Positions 30,735 through 39,955 of a DNA stretch of 64,000 nt are shown one piece after another (position 1 is the stretch's first letter; every line of letters begins with the position of its first letter). The translations under genes and the position numbers were made by a program. The stretch is from an uncultured Flavobacteriales bacterium (lineage in GTDB: Bacteria; Bacteroidota; Bacteroidia; Flavobacteriales_D; CAJJDF01), in contig CAKZNB010000033.1 in NCBI GenBank assembly GCA_937129365.1, forward strand, positions 4,754-68,753, read 5' to 3'. Below the pieces are notes generated by a model. That model had not been told where the DNA came from, did no database searches, and saw only the letters and a list, made by a program, of their open reading frames with translations.

Positions 30735-31521
30735 TTAATTTTGGGTTTTTAAAATACCTTGAAAGACAATTAAAAAATTCAGCAAAGTGAATTCCGTCCA
30801 TAATTCTATGGTCAAAAGTAAAGCCAAGAGTCAACATTTTTTTGATATGTACTTTGGCATCTACCACCACAGGTTTGCAATCTATTTTTCCTACTGAAAC
30901 TACCATTGGTACTTTAGTGTAAGGGGCAATAGGACAAAAAGCTCTTGTGATTCCAATACTTCCTACTGATGTCAGCATGATGCTTCCGAATGCATTAGGC
31001 TTTGATTTAAAAGCTTTTACATTCTTGTTGAATCGATATGAAATATAACTATATAGTTTTAGTAGAGGCTTTACCATAAATGATGGAGTTTTCTTTACTA
31101 CTTCTTTTGATTCAGAAAAATCGGTAATGCCTTCTTTACTATCCTTTATTTTTTCTAAAAACTCTGAGTTTATTTCGTTTACACTTTTATCTTGCCCTTC
31201 TCTAATTACAATTCCGCTCAAATCATCAGATTGAGCATCAATAATAGTATGGAAAAACACACTTATATCCTCTCTCGAAAATATTTTTCGACCTCTAATT
31301 GTACTATTTATTTTGGGTTGTAGCTTAAGTGTATTAGAAAATGCTTTTATCAAGAAACTATTTATACTAATCAAGTTACGCTTGCAATACACAAGAATTT
31401 CATCAATTATCACATCTTCAAAACAATAACAAGAGGAATCTCCTGTTGGTTTCCAGGTTGCTACAGAAGTTTTTCTCCAAGGAGTCATCTTCTGGTAAGG
31501 TTTGTATGTTATATTCTTCAT
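30712..31521 (-). CDS. 2-oxoacid dehydrogenase acyltransferase catalytic-domain protein (stand-alone, no lipoyl domain)
   Basis: Catalytic motif FDHRIMDG near the C-terminus. Overlaps the downstream hydroxylase gene by 23 nt. Confidence 0.75.
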   Translation of the reverse strand: MKNITYKPYQKMTPWRKTSVATWKPTGDSSCYCFEDVIIDEILVYCKRNLISINSFLIKAFSNTLKLQPKINSTIRGRKIFSREDISVFFHTIIDAQSDDLSGIVIREGQDKSVNEINSEFLEKIKDSKEGITDFSESKEVVKKTPSFMVKPLLKLYSYISYRFNKNVKAFKSKPNAFGSIMLTSVGSIGITRAFCPIAPYTKVPMVVSVGKIDCKPVVVDAKVHIKKMLTLGFTFDHRIMDGIHFAEFFNCLSRYFKNPKLIESDEEE

Positions 31522-31695
31522 GGTCGTTTTATTTTCTATTTATGAAAACAAATTTGGACTAATTAAAAATAAAGGTAAAGTAGTTTTTTGGTTGAAACAG
31601 ACTGTTTATACTGTGTGTTTACACGGTGAATTATATTTTTTTAATTGATTTTCAGTTTATTAAGTAGTATAAACTTGATTAATAACTGACATAAT

Positions 31696-32400
31696 TTACA
31701 GTACTTCTTTGTCATTAAAACTATAGTAATTGCTATCACCTACAATAATATGGTCTAGAATTTTGATATCGAAGAGCTGTCCTGCGTTTTTTATTTTTTT
31801 GGTTAAATTAAGGTCACTTTGGCTAGGTTTTAAATTCCCAGAAGGATGGTTGTGAGCCAAAATAATAGCCGAAGAAAGGCTTTCAATTGCTTTTTTGAAT
31901 ATCAGTTTGATATCTGCAGTAGTTTCTGAGATTCCACCTCTTCCTATTAGTTGTTTGCCAATAATTTTATTGGCTCTGCTTAGTAAAATTATCCAAAACT
32001 CTTCGTGAGGCAAATCTTCCAAAACTGGGCGGATATACTCATAAGCTGCTTGGCTTGAGGTTACCTGTACCTTATCCAAAACCTCTTCGCTTTTCCTTCT
32101 TCTTCCAATCTCAAGAGCAGCTACAATACTAATTGCTTTTGCTTCACCAATTCCTTTGAATTTTATCAAATCATTTACCGAAAGTTTTGCTAGTTGGTTC
32201 AAATTGTTATCCGATTCATTGAGAATTCGTTTGCACAATTCAATAGCACTTTCTTGACGATTTCCACTGCCAATAAGTATGGCAATCAACTCAGCATCAG
32301 AGAGTACTTGGCGGCCTTGAGCCATCAATTTTTCTCTGGGTTGGTCTTCTTCCGACCAGTTTTTAATGGAGAGCTTTTCTATTTTATCTGAGGAATTCAT
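31696..32400 (-). CDS. radC: RadC-family JAB-domain protein
   Basis: HhH region LIKFKGIGEAKA and JAMM motif AHNHPSGNLKPSQSD. Confidence 0.9.
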   Translation of the reverse strand: MNSSDKIEKLSIKNWSEEDQPREKLMAQGRQVLSDAELIAILIGSGNRQESAIELCKRILNESDNNLNQLAKLSVNDLIKFKGIGEAKAISIVAALEIGRRRKSEEVLDKVQVTSSQAAYEYIRPVLEDLPHEEFWIILLSRANKIIGKQLIGRGGISETTADIKLIFKKAIESLSSAIILAHNHPSGNLKPSQSDLNLTKKIKNAGQLFDIKILDHIIVGDSNYYSFNDKEVL

Positions 32401-32402
32401 TG

Positions 32403-33638
32403 TTATGAAGCAACTCTTAATTTGCTCAATTTCGATTTACTGAATTTACTTTTTGCGTAAGCCTCAGTAATTTTTAACTTTTTTATCTCTTTGTCAGAAG
32501 GTATTTCGAACATAGCATCTGTAAGAATTGCCTCACAAATAGAACGCAATCCACGAGCCCCTAATTTGTATTCCATTGCTTTTTCGGTGATAAAATCTAA
32601 CGCTTTTTTATCAAATGAAAGTTGCACATTATCTAGCTCAAATAACTTAGTATATTGCTTTACCAAAGAATTTTTTGGTTCAGTAAGTATTCTTTTCAAT
32701 GCTTCTTTATCTAATGGGTTTAAATGAGTTAAAATTGGAAAACGCCCAATTAATTCTGGTATTAATCCGAATGATTTCACATCTTGGGGACTCAAGAAAT
32801 CTAACAAATTATCTTCACCAATATCCTCGTTTGTAGCACCAAAACCAAGAGGTTGAGTTTTTATTCTTCGTTCAATTAATTTTTCAATCCCATCAAAAGC
32901 ACCACCTGAAATAAACAAAATATTTCTTGTATCAATTTCTACCATTTTTTGGTCAGGATGTTTTCTTCCGCCTTGTGGTGGCACTCGCACATCGGTACCT
33001 TCAAGCAGCTTAAGAAGAGCTTGTTGCGTTCCTTCAGAAGTTACATCTCTTGTGATAGAAGGACTATCTCCTTTTCTTCCTATTTTATCAATTTCATCCA
33101 AAAATACAATTCCTTTTTGAGCTGCCTCCACATCATAATCTGCGGCTTGAAGTAGTCTTGTTAGTAAACTTTCTACATCCTCCCCAACATATCCTGCTTG
33201 TGTAAATACGGTTGCATCTGCAATAGTAAAAGGTACGTTTAGCATTTTAGCTATTGTTTTGGCTAATAATGTTTTACCAGTTCCAGTTCTTCCAACTAAA
33301 AGAATATTTGATTTTTCTAATTCTATTTCTTCCTCGTCACTTCCAGGATTTAATAATCGCTTGTAATGATTGTAAACGGCTACCGAAAGGATTTTTTTAG
33401 CATCTTCTTGTCCAATTACATAATCATCTAGTCTTTTCTTAATTTCAAGAGGTTTCAAGAATTTTATGTCTTCTTGTAAATCTATATTGTGTTTATGCTC
33501 CTGATCTTGGGTTACCAATTCATTTGCCTGACTGATACAGTTTTCACAAATATGTCCTTCAAGTCCAGCAATAAGCATCTGAACATCGTCTCTATTTCTG
33601 CCACAAAATGAGCAAGTTGATTGTTGATTTTTAGCCAT
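32403..33638 (-). CDS. clpX: ATP-dependent Clp protease ATP-binding subunit ClpX
   Basis: N-terminal zinc finger CSFCGR...CENC, Walker A GRTGTGKT, Walker B FLDEIDK and the IGF-loop variant LGF. Confidence 0.95.
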   Translation of the reverse strand: MAKNQQSTCSFCGRNRDDVQMLIAGLEGHICENCISQANELVTQDQEHKHNIDLQEDIKFLKPLEIKKRLDDYVIGQEDAKKILSVAVYNHYKRLLNPGSDEEEIELEKSNILLVGRTGTGKTLLAKTIAKMLNVPFTIADATVFTQAGYVGEDVESLLTRLLQAADYDVEAAQKGIVFLDEIDKIGRKGDSPSITRDVTSEGTQQALLKLLEGTDVRVPPQGGRKHPDQKMVEIDTRNILFISGGAFDGIEKLIERRIKTQPLGFGATNEDIGEDNLLDFLSPQDVKSFGLIPELIGRFPILTHLNPLDKEALKRILTEPKNSLVKQYTKLFELDNVQLSFDKKALDFITEKAMEYKLGARGLRSICEAILTDAMFEIPSDKEIKKLKITEAYAKSKFSKSKLSKLRVAS

Positions 33639-33752
33639 TATTAATAATTTATCAACAAATATACGGAAGTTATGAGAGATTATGGCTCAAATCACAGTGT
33701 GTATCTATTTTATCCCTACATTTAATCTTATATTAATTTTAAACAAAAAATC

Positions 33753-33953
33753 ATGAAAAAAAACATCTTAACAATCCTAAGTGTAGGAGCTTTGTTGTTG
33801 TTTTCTTGTGGAGAGGAAAGTAATCCTGCTGAAACAGAAACAATGGTAAATGAAATTGAAAATGCTACTGCTGTAACTGACTCGTTGAACAATGAAATAG
33901 AAGCAATAGAGGCAGAGACTAATGAATTAGACGAATTAGTAGAGGATTTATAA
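33753..33953 (+). CDS. Small acidic lipoprotein, hypothetical
   Basis: Lipobox LLFSC followed by an E/N-rich helical segment. Confidence 0.45.
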   Translation: MKKNILTILSVGALLLFSCGEESNPAETETMVNEIENATAVTDSLNNEIEAIEAETNELDELVEDL

Positions 33954-33975
33954 ACGAGTTTAAAAAATAAATAAA

Positions 33976-34686
33976 ATGAAAAAAATAATCATATTAGGAT
34001 GTGCATTGGCTTTTGCTTTTAGCGGAGTTGCACAAGATTTGAATGCGGTAAAAGGTAAGGCCGAAAAAGAAGTGAACGAGGTAAAAGTTAAAAACCAAGA
34101 GGTAAAGCAAGATATTAAAGAAAAAAGAGCCGAAAAGAAACAAATCCGTGAAGAAATAAAAGCTAAAAAATCTGAGAATAAAGCGGAAATGAAGGAGCTT
34201 AGAGAAGAGAAAAAAGGGGAGATGAAAGAGAAGCGTGCAGAATTGAAGGAGGAAATGAAAGCTAAAAAAGAGGAGTTGAAAGCTAAATATGGTGAAGACA
34301 CTGCTGCATACAAAGCTGAAGTAATGAGACTTAAAGAGGAGAAAAAAGCTACTATGAAAGCTGAAAGAGAAGCTAAAAAAGCTGAAATGAAAGAAGAGAG
34401 AGCAAAGAAAATGGAGGAGATAAAGGGAGATAAAGAAAAATTAGCTGAGAAAAAAGAAGAGGTAGCAAAACTTAAAGAAGAGAGAAAAGAAGTGCTTGCT
34501 GAAAGAAAAGGAAAAGCTGCGGAAAGAATTGCAAATGCTGAAGAAAAAATAGCTGCTGCAAAAGCAAAAGTAGAAGCTGCAAAGACTGATGGTTCTATGA
34601 CAGCTGAAGAAATCACAGCAAAAGAAGCTAAGATTGCAAAAGCTGAAGCTAAAATTGCTGCACTAAAAACTAAAATTGGACAGTAA
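33976..34686 (+). CDS. Secreted Lys/Glu-rich coiled-coil repeat protein, hypothetical
   Basis: Signal peptide followed by about 200 aa of KAKK/EEMK/KAEMKE-type repeats. The purine-rich sense strand matches the neighbouring gene orientation. Confidence 0.6.
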   Translation: MKKIIILGCALAFAFSGVAQDLNAVKGKAEKEVNEVKVKNQEVKQDIKEKRAEKKQIREEIKAKKSENKAEMKELREEKKGEMKEKRAELKEEMKAKKEELKAKYGEDTAAYKAEVMRLKEEKKATMKAEREAKKAEMKEERAKKMEEIKGDKEKLAEKKEEVAKLKEERKEVLAERKGKAAERIANAEEKIAAAKAKVEAAKTDGSMTAEEITAKEAKIAKAEAKIAALKTKIGQ

Positions 34687-34711
34687 TTAGCCTGTTATTT
34701 TAATAAAATTA

Positions 34712-34740
34712 AAGCGATATTTAAAGATATCGCTTTTTTT
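34712..34740 (+). terminator. Rho-independent terminator
   Basis: AGCGATAT ... ATATCGCT stem followed by T7. Confidence 0.65.
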
Positions 34741-34938
34741 ATGTCTGTAAAACAGGGATTTAAAAAACAGTTTGTTTTTTTTGATAAAATGTGGCAACCC
34801 TTTAGTTTTAGATTGCGTTTTAATAATAGAATAGTGAAATACTATCTCTTTTTTCTTTTTTACGGCAATTGCAGAATCTATTTTTAGGAATAGGTTCTGT
34901 TTTTGTTTTTAGCCATTTTTTTTGGTTAATTTTAGCCA

Positions 34939-35994
34939 ATGAATACTCACAAAATATTTATGACCCGATGTCTAGAATTGGCATCAAAAGGATTGCCAAG
35001 TGCAATGCCAAACCCATCGGTGGGAGCAGTACTAATTTTCGATAATAAAATTATTGGTGAGGGTTACACAAGCCCTTTCGGAGGTTCACATGGAGAAGTC
35101 AATTGCATTAATTCTGTAAACGAAGAGAATAAAAAATTTATTTCTGACTCAACTTTGTATGTGAGTTTAGAGCCTTGCTCTCATTTTGGAAAAACACCAC
35201 CTTGTGCAGATTTAATTATAAGAAATAAGATTAAAAAAGTAGTGATTGGTTGCACAGATACATTTTCTGAAGTGGCAGGAAAAGGGAGTGAGAGATTAAA
35301 AACTGCTGGAATTGAAGTTGTAACTGGTGTTTTAGAAAAAGAGTGTAGAGAATTAAACAAACGATTTTTTACTTTTCACGAAAAAAAGAGACCATATTTT
35401 TTGTTGAAATGGGCGCAAACTCAAGATGGATTTATTGCTCCTGAATCTGAAAAACATAACAAAGAGAGATGGATTACTGGTGATAAAACAAGTCAGTTTG
35501 TGCACAAAATGCGGAGTAATGAAATGGCGATTTTGGTTGGTACAAATACTGTTTTGGCAGACAATCCAAGTTTAACAACTCGCAACTACCCTGGTGAAAA
35601 CCCTGTGAGAATTTTGTTGGATAGAGAATTGAAACTTTGGAATCAAAAAGAAAACTTTTCCATTTTTGATGAATCTGCTAGAACATTGATTCTAAATGGA
35701 GAATTAGATTTTGAATCTGAATCAAATCAAGCGATTAAGGTAGATTTTAGTAAAAATTTACCCGAACAAATTTCCAAAATCCTTTACAAAAAAGGAATTC
35801 AATCATTGATTGTGGAGGGAGGTAGTAGAACACTTCAAACATTTATTGATGCTAATTTCTGGGATGAAATGATTGTATTAGAAGGGGATAAAAATTTTGA
35901 AAAAGGAATAAAAGCCCCAATTCATAATCTAAGGTATGGAAATGAATTTATGCTTGGAAAAGACAAAGTCACAATATTTAAAAACAAGAAATAA
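34939..35994 (+). CDS. ribD: Bifunctional riboflavin biosynthesis protein RibD (deaminase/reductase)
   Basis: Deaminase zinc motifs HGEVNCI and PCSHFGKTPPC. The C-terminal reductase domain carries GGSRTLQTF. Confidence 0.9.
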   Translation: MNTHKIFMTRCLELASKGLPSAMPNPSVGAVLIFDNKIIGEGYTSPFGGSHGEVNCINSVNEENKKFISDSTLYVSLEPCSHFGKTPPCADLIIRNKIKKVVIGCTDTFSEVAGKGSERLKTAGIEVVTGVLEKECRELNKRFFTFHEKKRPYFLLKWAQTQDGFIAPESEKHNKERWITGDKTSQFVHKMRSNEMAILVGTNTVLADNPSLTTRNYPGENPVRILLDRELKLWNQKENFSIFDESARTLILNGELDFESESNQAIKVDFSKNLPEQISKILYKKGIQSLIVEGGSRTLQTFIDANFWDEMIVLEGDKNFEKGIKAPIHNLRYGNEFMLGKDKVTIFKNKK

Positions 35995-36845
35995 TGAGTA
36001 TTTCGATAATTCTTGCTATTGTTTTTCCAGTTATTTCTGTATTGCTATTCAAAGAATTTGAGAAAAAAAATATTGAAGCTTTGCCTGCTATTGTATTTAA
36101 TTATTTGGGAGCAATAGTCATTGGTCTGTTTTTATTCGTAACACCCGTTCAACTTACAGAAATTCATCAGCAAGATTGGTTTTATTCTTCCTTGATAGTT
36201 GGTTTTTTCTTTATTCTTAATTTTTATTTAATCGCAAAAACAGCAATCTCTCATGGAGTATCTATAGCTACTTTTTCTAATAAAATTAGTTTAGTTTTTC
36301 CTGTAGTTTTTACCATTTTATATTTTCAAGAGCCAAGTAATTGGTCAAAAATCATCGGAATTATTTTAGCGCTTATCTCTATTTATCTGTTGACTTTTAA
36401 AAGATTAAATAAATCAAAAAATAAATTTTTCTTGTTTCCAATTTTCATTTTTGTGTGTACAGGTATTTTAGAGTCAGTAATTAATTACACTCAAAAAGTT
36501 CATTTCGTACAAGAAAATGAAATAGGTTATTTTGTTATTTCAGCATTTTTTGTTTCTTTTTTGCTTGGTATAGGTTTGTTGTTTTTCAAAAAAGGAGCTT
36601 TTCAAATAAAAAATATTCTCGGAGGATTGATATTATCAATTTCTAATACATTTGGGTTGTATTTTTTTGTAAAATCTTTGAATGAAAACCAAGACTCTAC
36701 TTCAGTATTACCTATTATGAATATTGGAACTTTGCTTTTAGCAGTTTTGGTTGGTTTCTTTTTGTACAAAGAAAAACTAACCGCAAGAAATTGGGTAGGT
36801 GTTTTTCTCTCAATAGTTGCTATTTTTTTACTTACTTCATTTTGA
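35994..36845 (+). CDS. DMT/EamA-like integral membrane protein
   Basis: About ten hydrophobic helices in two halves. Its start overlaps the ribD stop. Confidence 0.5.
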   Translation: MSISIILAIVFPVISVLLFKEFEKKNIEALPAIVFNYLGAIVIGLFLFVTPVQLTEIHQQDWFYSSLIVGFFFILNFYLIAKTAISHGVSIATFSNKISLVFPVVFTILYFQEPSNWSKIIGIILALISIYLLTFKRLNKSKNKFFLFPIFIFVCTGILESVINYTQKVHFVQENEIGYFVISAFFVSFLLGIGLLFFKKGAFQIKNILGGLILSISNTFGLYFFVKSLNENQDSTSVLPIMNIGTLLLAVLVGFFLYKEKLTARNWVGVFLSIVAIFLLTSF

Positions 36846-37459
36846 ATAGTTTATTTACATATCAAACCTTAGAGTCTTCTTCTGAAAGTCTTTACAAAGA
36901 GAAAGGAAGTAAGTTTTATAGCTATGCTTTTCAAGTAAGAAGCGAAGAAGAAGTAAAAGAAAAACTAGAAAAAATAAGAGTTAAACATAATGACGCCAGA
37001 CATCATTGCTATGCCTACAGATTAGGAATAGGAACCGAAGAACGATATAGAGCCAATGACGATGGAGAGCCTTCTAATTCAGCAGGAAAACCTATTTATG
37101 GACAATTATTATCAGCTGAAATTACTAATGTGTTGGTGGTTGTAGTCCGTTATTTTGGTGGAGTAAAATTGGGAGTTGGCGGATTAATTTCTGCCTACAA
37201 AATCAGTGCAAGAAACACCATTGAAGCAGGTGAAATAATTGAAAAAGAAGAGCTCAATTATTATAGAATTAAGTTTGAATACCCACAAATGAGCGAAGTG
37301 ATGAATTTTGTGAAATCGAATAGGCTAGAGGTGGTAAATCAGGTTTTTGAAACCACTTGCGAAATAGAATTTTCTCATTCTATCTCAAGTTCGGAGTCCA
37401 TAGTTTCTCAATTAGAAGAGATTGAAAATGTGGAAGTTGAGTTTTTATACAAACGGTGA
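36842..37459 (+). CDS. YigZ / IMPACT-family protein
   Basis: KGSKFYSYAF, HHCYAYRLG and DDGEPSNSAGKPI motifs. The likely start is TTG 36842, overlapping the upstream stop as TTGA. The listed 36791 start would overlap the previous gene by 55 nt. Confidence 0.75.
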   Translation: MNSLFTYQTLESSSESLYKEKGSKFYSYAFQVRSEEEVKEKLEKIRVKHNDARHHCYAYRLGIGTEERYRANDDGEPSNSAGKPIYGQLLSAEITNVLVVVVRYFGGVKLGVGGLISAYKISARNTIEAGEIIEKEELNYYRIKFEYPQMSEVMNFVKSNRLEVVNQVFETTCEIEFSHSISSSESIVSQLEEIENVEVEFLYKR

Positions 37460-37462
37460 ATT

Positions 37463-37681
37463 TTAATCTGGAAAAACTTCACAATTATATCCAGCATTAG
37501 AGATTAACTGAATAATTTCATTATCAATCAACTGATTGTCTGACTCTATTCTCAACACATTATCCACATCTTTGGTATCAACATGCCAATCTTTAATTCC
37601 TGAAAAGGAATTAAAGATTGGAGAAAGCTGTTTTGCCTTTTTCTGAGAAGTAATATTTGTTTTATAGATTAAAATTTCCAT
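37463..37681 (-). CDS. Hypothetical small protein (ferredoxin-like, HMA-like without Cys)
   Basis: 72-aa ORF at the end of the ECF sigma operon. Confidence 0.4.
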   Translation of the reverse strand: MEILIYKTNITSQKKAKQLSPIFNSFSGIKDWHVDTKDVDNVLRIESDNQLIDNEIIQLISNAGYNCEVFPD

Positions 37682-37683
37682 AC

Positions 37684-38106
37684 TTATTCTTCGGCAGGTT
37701 TTTCAATAAGTTCTATGTTTTCATTGACTTCTCCACCTTCTTTTTCTTTTATGTATTCTTCATATAAATCTTCTCCTTTTTCTTCCCAAAATTTCCCATA
37801 ATGTTTCCATCTTGAAAACTCATTTTTATTAGAATCATCTTTACAGTCTTTGTTCTTTTTTGATGAACCACCACCACTACCACAGCCTCCAATAAAAATT
37901 TTAGAAATAATAAATAAACCAACTGCTTGCCAATAAGTTATAAATGGTAATCCAAAAATTTCGGGCATCAGCCAATTCCAAAGCCACATTAATATAAATC
38001 CAAATAATATGGCAAGTCCTGTGATGGCAATTATTCCGAAGAATACCATGGCTACTATTTCTAGTGGAGATCTTTTTCTGAGTTTGTGATTAAAAAAGTT
38101 TTTCAT
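37684..38106 (-). CDS. Hypothetical membrane protein (candidate anti-sigma partner)
   Basis: Two TM helices, a Gly/Ser linker and a charged C-terminus. Lies immediately downstream of the ECF sigma gene. Confidence 0.45.
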   Translation of the reverse strand: MKNFFNHKLRKRSPLEIVAMVFFGIIAITGLAILFGFILMWLWNWLMPEIFGLPFITYWQAVGLFIISKIFIGGCGSGGGSSKKNKDCKDDSNKNEFSRWKHYGKFWEEKGEDLYEEYIKEKEGGEVNENIELIEKPAEE

Positions 38107-38125
38107 TGTTGTGTATTTTAAAAAG

Positions 38126-38656
38126 TTATTGTTTGTTTTCTAATTGTTTATAAAGTTGTGAAATTGCTCTGTGCCTCTGCGACATTAGAGTTCCTTCGGG
38201 TATTCCAGTTTCTTCAGAGATTTCTTTGTAGGTATATCCTTCAAAATCTATAGCTATCAATATTTCTCTGTACATGGGTTTTAATTCATTCATGCAGGTT
38301 TTTAATTTTTGTTTTAGTTCATCAGAGTAGTTGTTGTCAGCATTTCCATATATTTCATCCAATACCTCTTGTAGCTTATATTCACTTTCATTTTCAATAG
38401 AATTGGTTTTTTTACCGTTTCTCATAATGTCAATAATTTTGTTTCTTATTGAGCGATATACAAATCCTGCAACATTATTTATTGGTCCATATCTATCCAC
38501 ACTTGAGAACATTTTTAAAGCTACATCCTGAATAATATCCTCGGCATCTCTATCCGCACTCTCTTTTATCCTATATTTTACATAAGATTTAAGTGACTGA
38601 TATTCCTCGCTAAAGAAATCTTGTAGTTTTTTATTGTTATCAGGTTTTTGGCTCAT
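38126..38656 (-). CDS. RNA polymerase ECF-type sigma-70 factor
   Basis: Region 2 (DAEDIIQDVALKMF, FVYRSIRNKIIDIMR) and region 4 HTH (YTYKEISEETGIPEGTLMSQRHRA). Confidence 0.85.
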   Translation of the reverse strand: MSQKPDNNKKLQDFFSEEYQSLKSYVKYRIKESADRDAEDIIQDVALKMFSSVDRYGPINNVAGFVYRSIRNKIIDIMRNGKKTNSIENESEYKLQEVLDEIYGNADNNYSDELKQKLKTCMNELKPMYREILIAIDFEGYTYKEISEETGIPEGTLMSQRHRAISQLYKQLENKQ

Positions 38657-38663
38657 ATATTTT

Positions 38664-39077
38664 CTACATAAAACCTAATTGTTTTATTACAGTTGCTCTG
38701 TCAAAAATTTGTGTGTGACCATTAATCAGTCCATCTTTAAAATGATAAACGGTAATTCCTTTAGTCCTAATTTTTTTATTTGTCGCAGAATATTCTCCTA
38801 TCATACCAAGATTAGTACCAGTAAGAACCCAAGTTATTCCCACATGATTTTCCTCGGTAATTGCAGAATTTATTTCAAAGTGCATATCTGGAAATGAGTC
38901 AAAAGAAAATCTCAATCTTTCTTTAAATTCACTATGAGATAGAGTTTTTCCCTCCCAAGGGTCAGAAGTGTCTAAGTGAACGGTATATTCTTTATGAACG
39001 TATTGTTCAACTTTGTCAAAATTCTTTTTATTCCAAATGTTGGTCATAAATTCTCGAAGGAAAAATTCTTTGTTCAT
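38664..39077 (-). CDS. SnoaL-like / ester cyclase (NTF2-fold) protein
   Basis: FMTNIWNKKNFDKVEQYVHKEYTVH pattern, and GITVYHFKDGLI. Confidence 0.6.
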   Translation of the reverse strand: MNKEFFLREFMTNIWNKKNFDKVEQYVHKEYTVHLDTSDPWEGKTLSHSEFKERLRFSFDSFPDMHFEINSAITEENHVGITWVLTGTNLGMIGEYSATNKKIRTKGITVYHFKDGLINGHTQIFDRATVIKQLGFM

Positions 39078-39085
39078 AATTTCAT

Positions 39086-39727
39086 TTATTGTGAAAAAAT
39101 CAATGGTGATTTTTTAATGTATCTTGATTTGGAAAATTGCCCAATAACAAAGTTAGCCAAGTCATCTTTTGTTATTGCAATATTAAAGCCTTTTTGATTT
39201 GATAAGTCCACCTTGACTTTTCCTGTTCCTTTTTTATCTATAAATTTTCCTGCTCTAATAACTGTCCAGTCAGTTTGAGAATGAGCGATAACATCATATT
39301 GTGCTTTATTACTTTTGACCATTTGAGGAACTAATTTTGGGATTAACCAACGCATAAATTGTAAATAGAAGCCAACATTATCTCTATCTACTTTTGTCAA
39401 TGCACCATTTATTGATATTAGTCGTTTTATAGAATTATCGTTCATTATTTCGATAATGTTTCCCATTCCCTTTTTAAATAACTCAATTTGGCCAGGTGAG
39501 TTATCCATTGCACCTACACAAGAAACTACGATTTCAACTCCTTGTATTGCCTTTGAAAGAGAGCCAACATCCAAAATGTCTCCTTTTATAATTTCAATAT
39601 TACCAACTAAACCTTTTAGCTTATCAGGGTTTCTTACCAGAGCAACTAACTCATAGCTGTTTGAAAGAGCTTTTTTCGTAATAGCCATTCCCGCTGTTCC
39701 TGTTGCGCCAATAATTAATACTTTCAT
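39086..39727 (-). CDS. NAD(P)H-binding (atypical SDR, NmrA-like) protein
   Basis: N-terminal Rossmann motif MKVLIIGATGTAG. Confidence 0.7.
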   Translation of the reverse strand: MKVLIIGATGTAGMAITKKALSNSYELVALVRNPDKLKGLVGNIEIIKGDILDVGSLSKAIQGVEIVVSCVGAMDNSPGQIELFKKGMGNIIEIMNDNSIKRLISINGALTKVDRDNVGFYLQFMRWLIPKLVPQMVKSNKAQYDVIAHSQTDWTVIRAGKFIDKKGTGKVKVDLSNQKGFNIAITKDDLANFVIGQFSKSRYIKKSPLIFSQ

Positions 39728-39928
39728 TCCTTTTGACTTTTTCTTCTTCGTAAACTCATTGTTTTTCTTAATTGCAGTTAACCGTTTTTTTAACGGGTCT
39801 TCACTAAATAAGACGAAAGTTTTTTATTCTATTGCGTTTTTAGGAAAAAAAGTTAGAATTATTTGTAAAATCAGCATAAAGCCTAAAAAAGACCGAATAA
39901 AAATCAAATAATTTATTTTCAATTTCAT

Positions 39929-39936
39929 TATGTTTG
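39929..39936 (+). promoter_or_regulatory. Candidate -7 promoter box (TAnnTTTG) for the aminotransferase gene
   Basis: TATGTTTG lies 20 nt upstream of the ATG at 39956. Confidence 0.4.
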
Positions 39937-39955
39937 CAACCTAATATATTGAATT

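Noticed and set aside
33960-34616. 218-aa antisense ORF rich in S/F/A opposite the K/E-rich gene
   Set aside because: It is a mirror artefact of a purine-rich repetitive coding strand. It has no signal or start context, and its composition is implausible for a real protein. The plus-strand ORF has a signal peptide and a terminator.
34741-34938. Expected an FMN (RFN) riboswitch in the 198-bp leader upstream of ribD
   Set aside because: I could not find the conserved RFN core segments (GGGCAGGGTGAAATTCCC / CCGACAGT-type blocks). The region is AT-rich with only weak hairpins.
36791-36841. Upstream start for the YigZ/IMPACT gene, overlapping the DMT transporter gene by 55 nt
   Set aside because: The extension is hydrophobic read-through of the neighbouring gene region. 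TTG 36842, overlapping the stop as TTGA, gives a normal family N-terminus.
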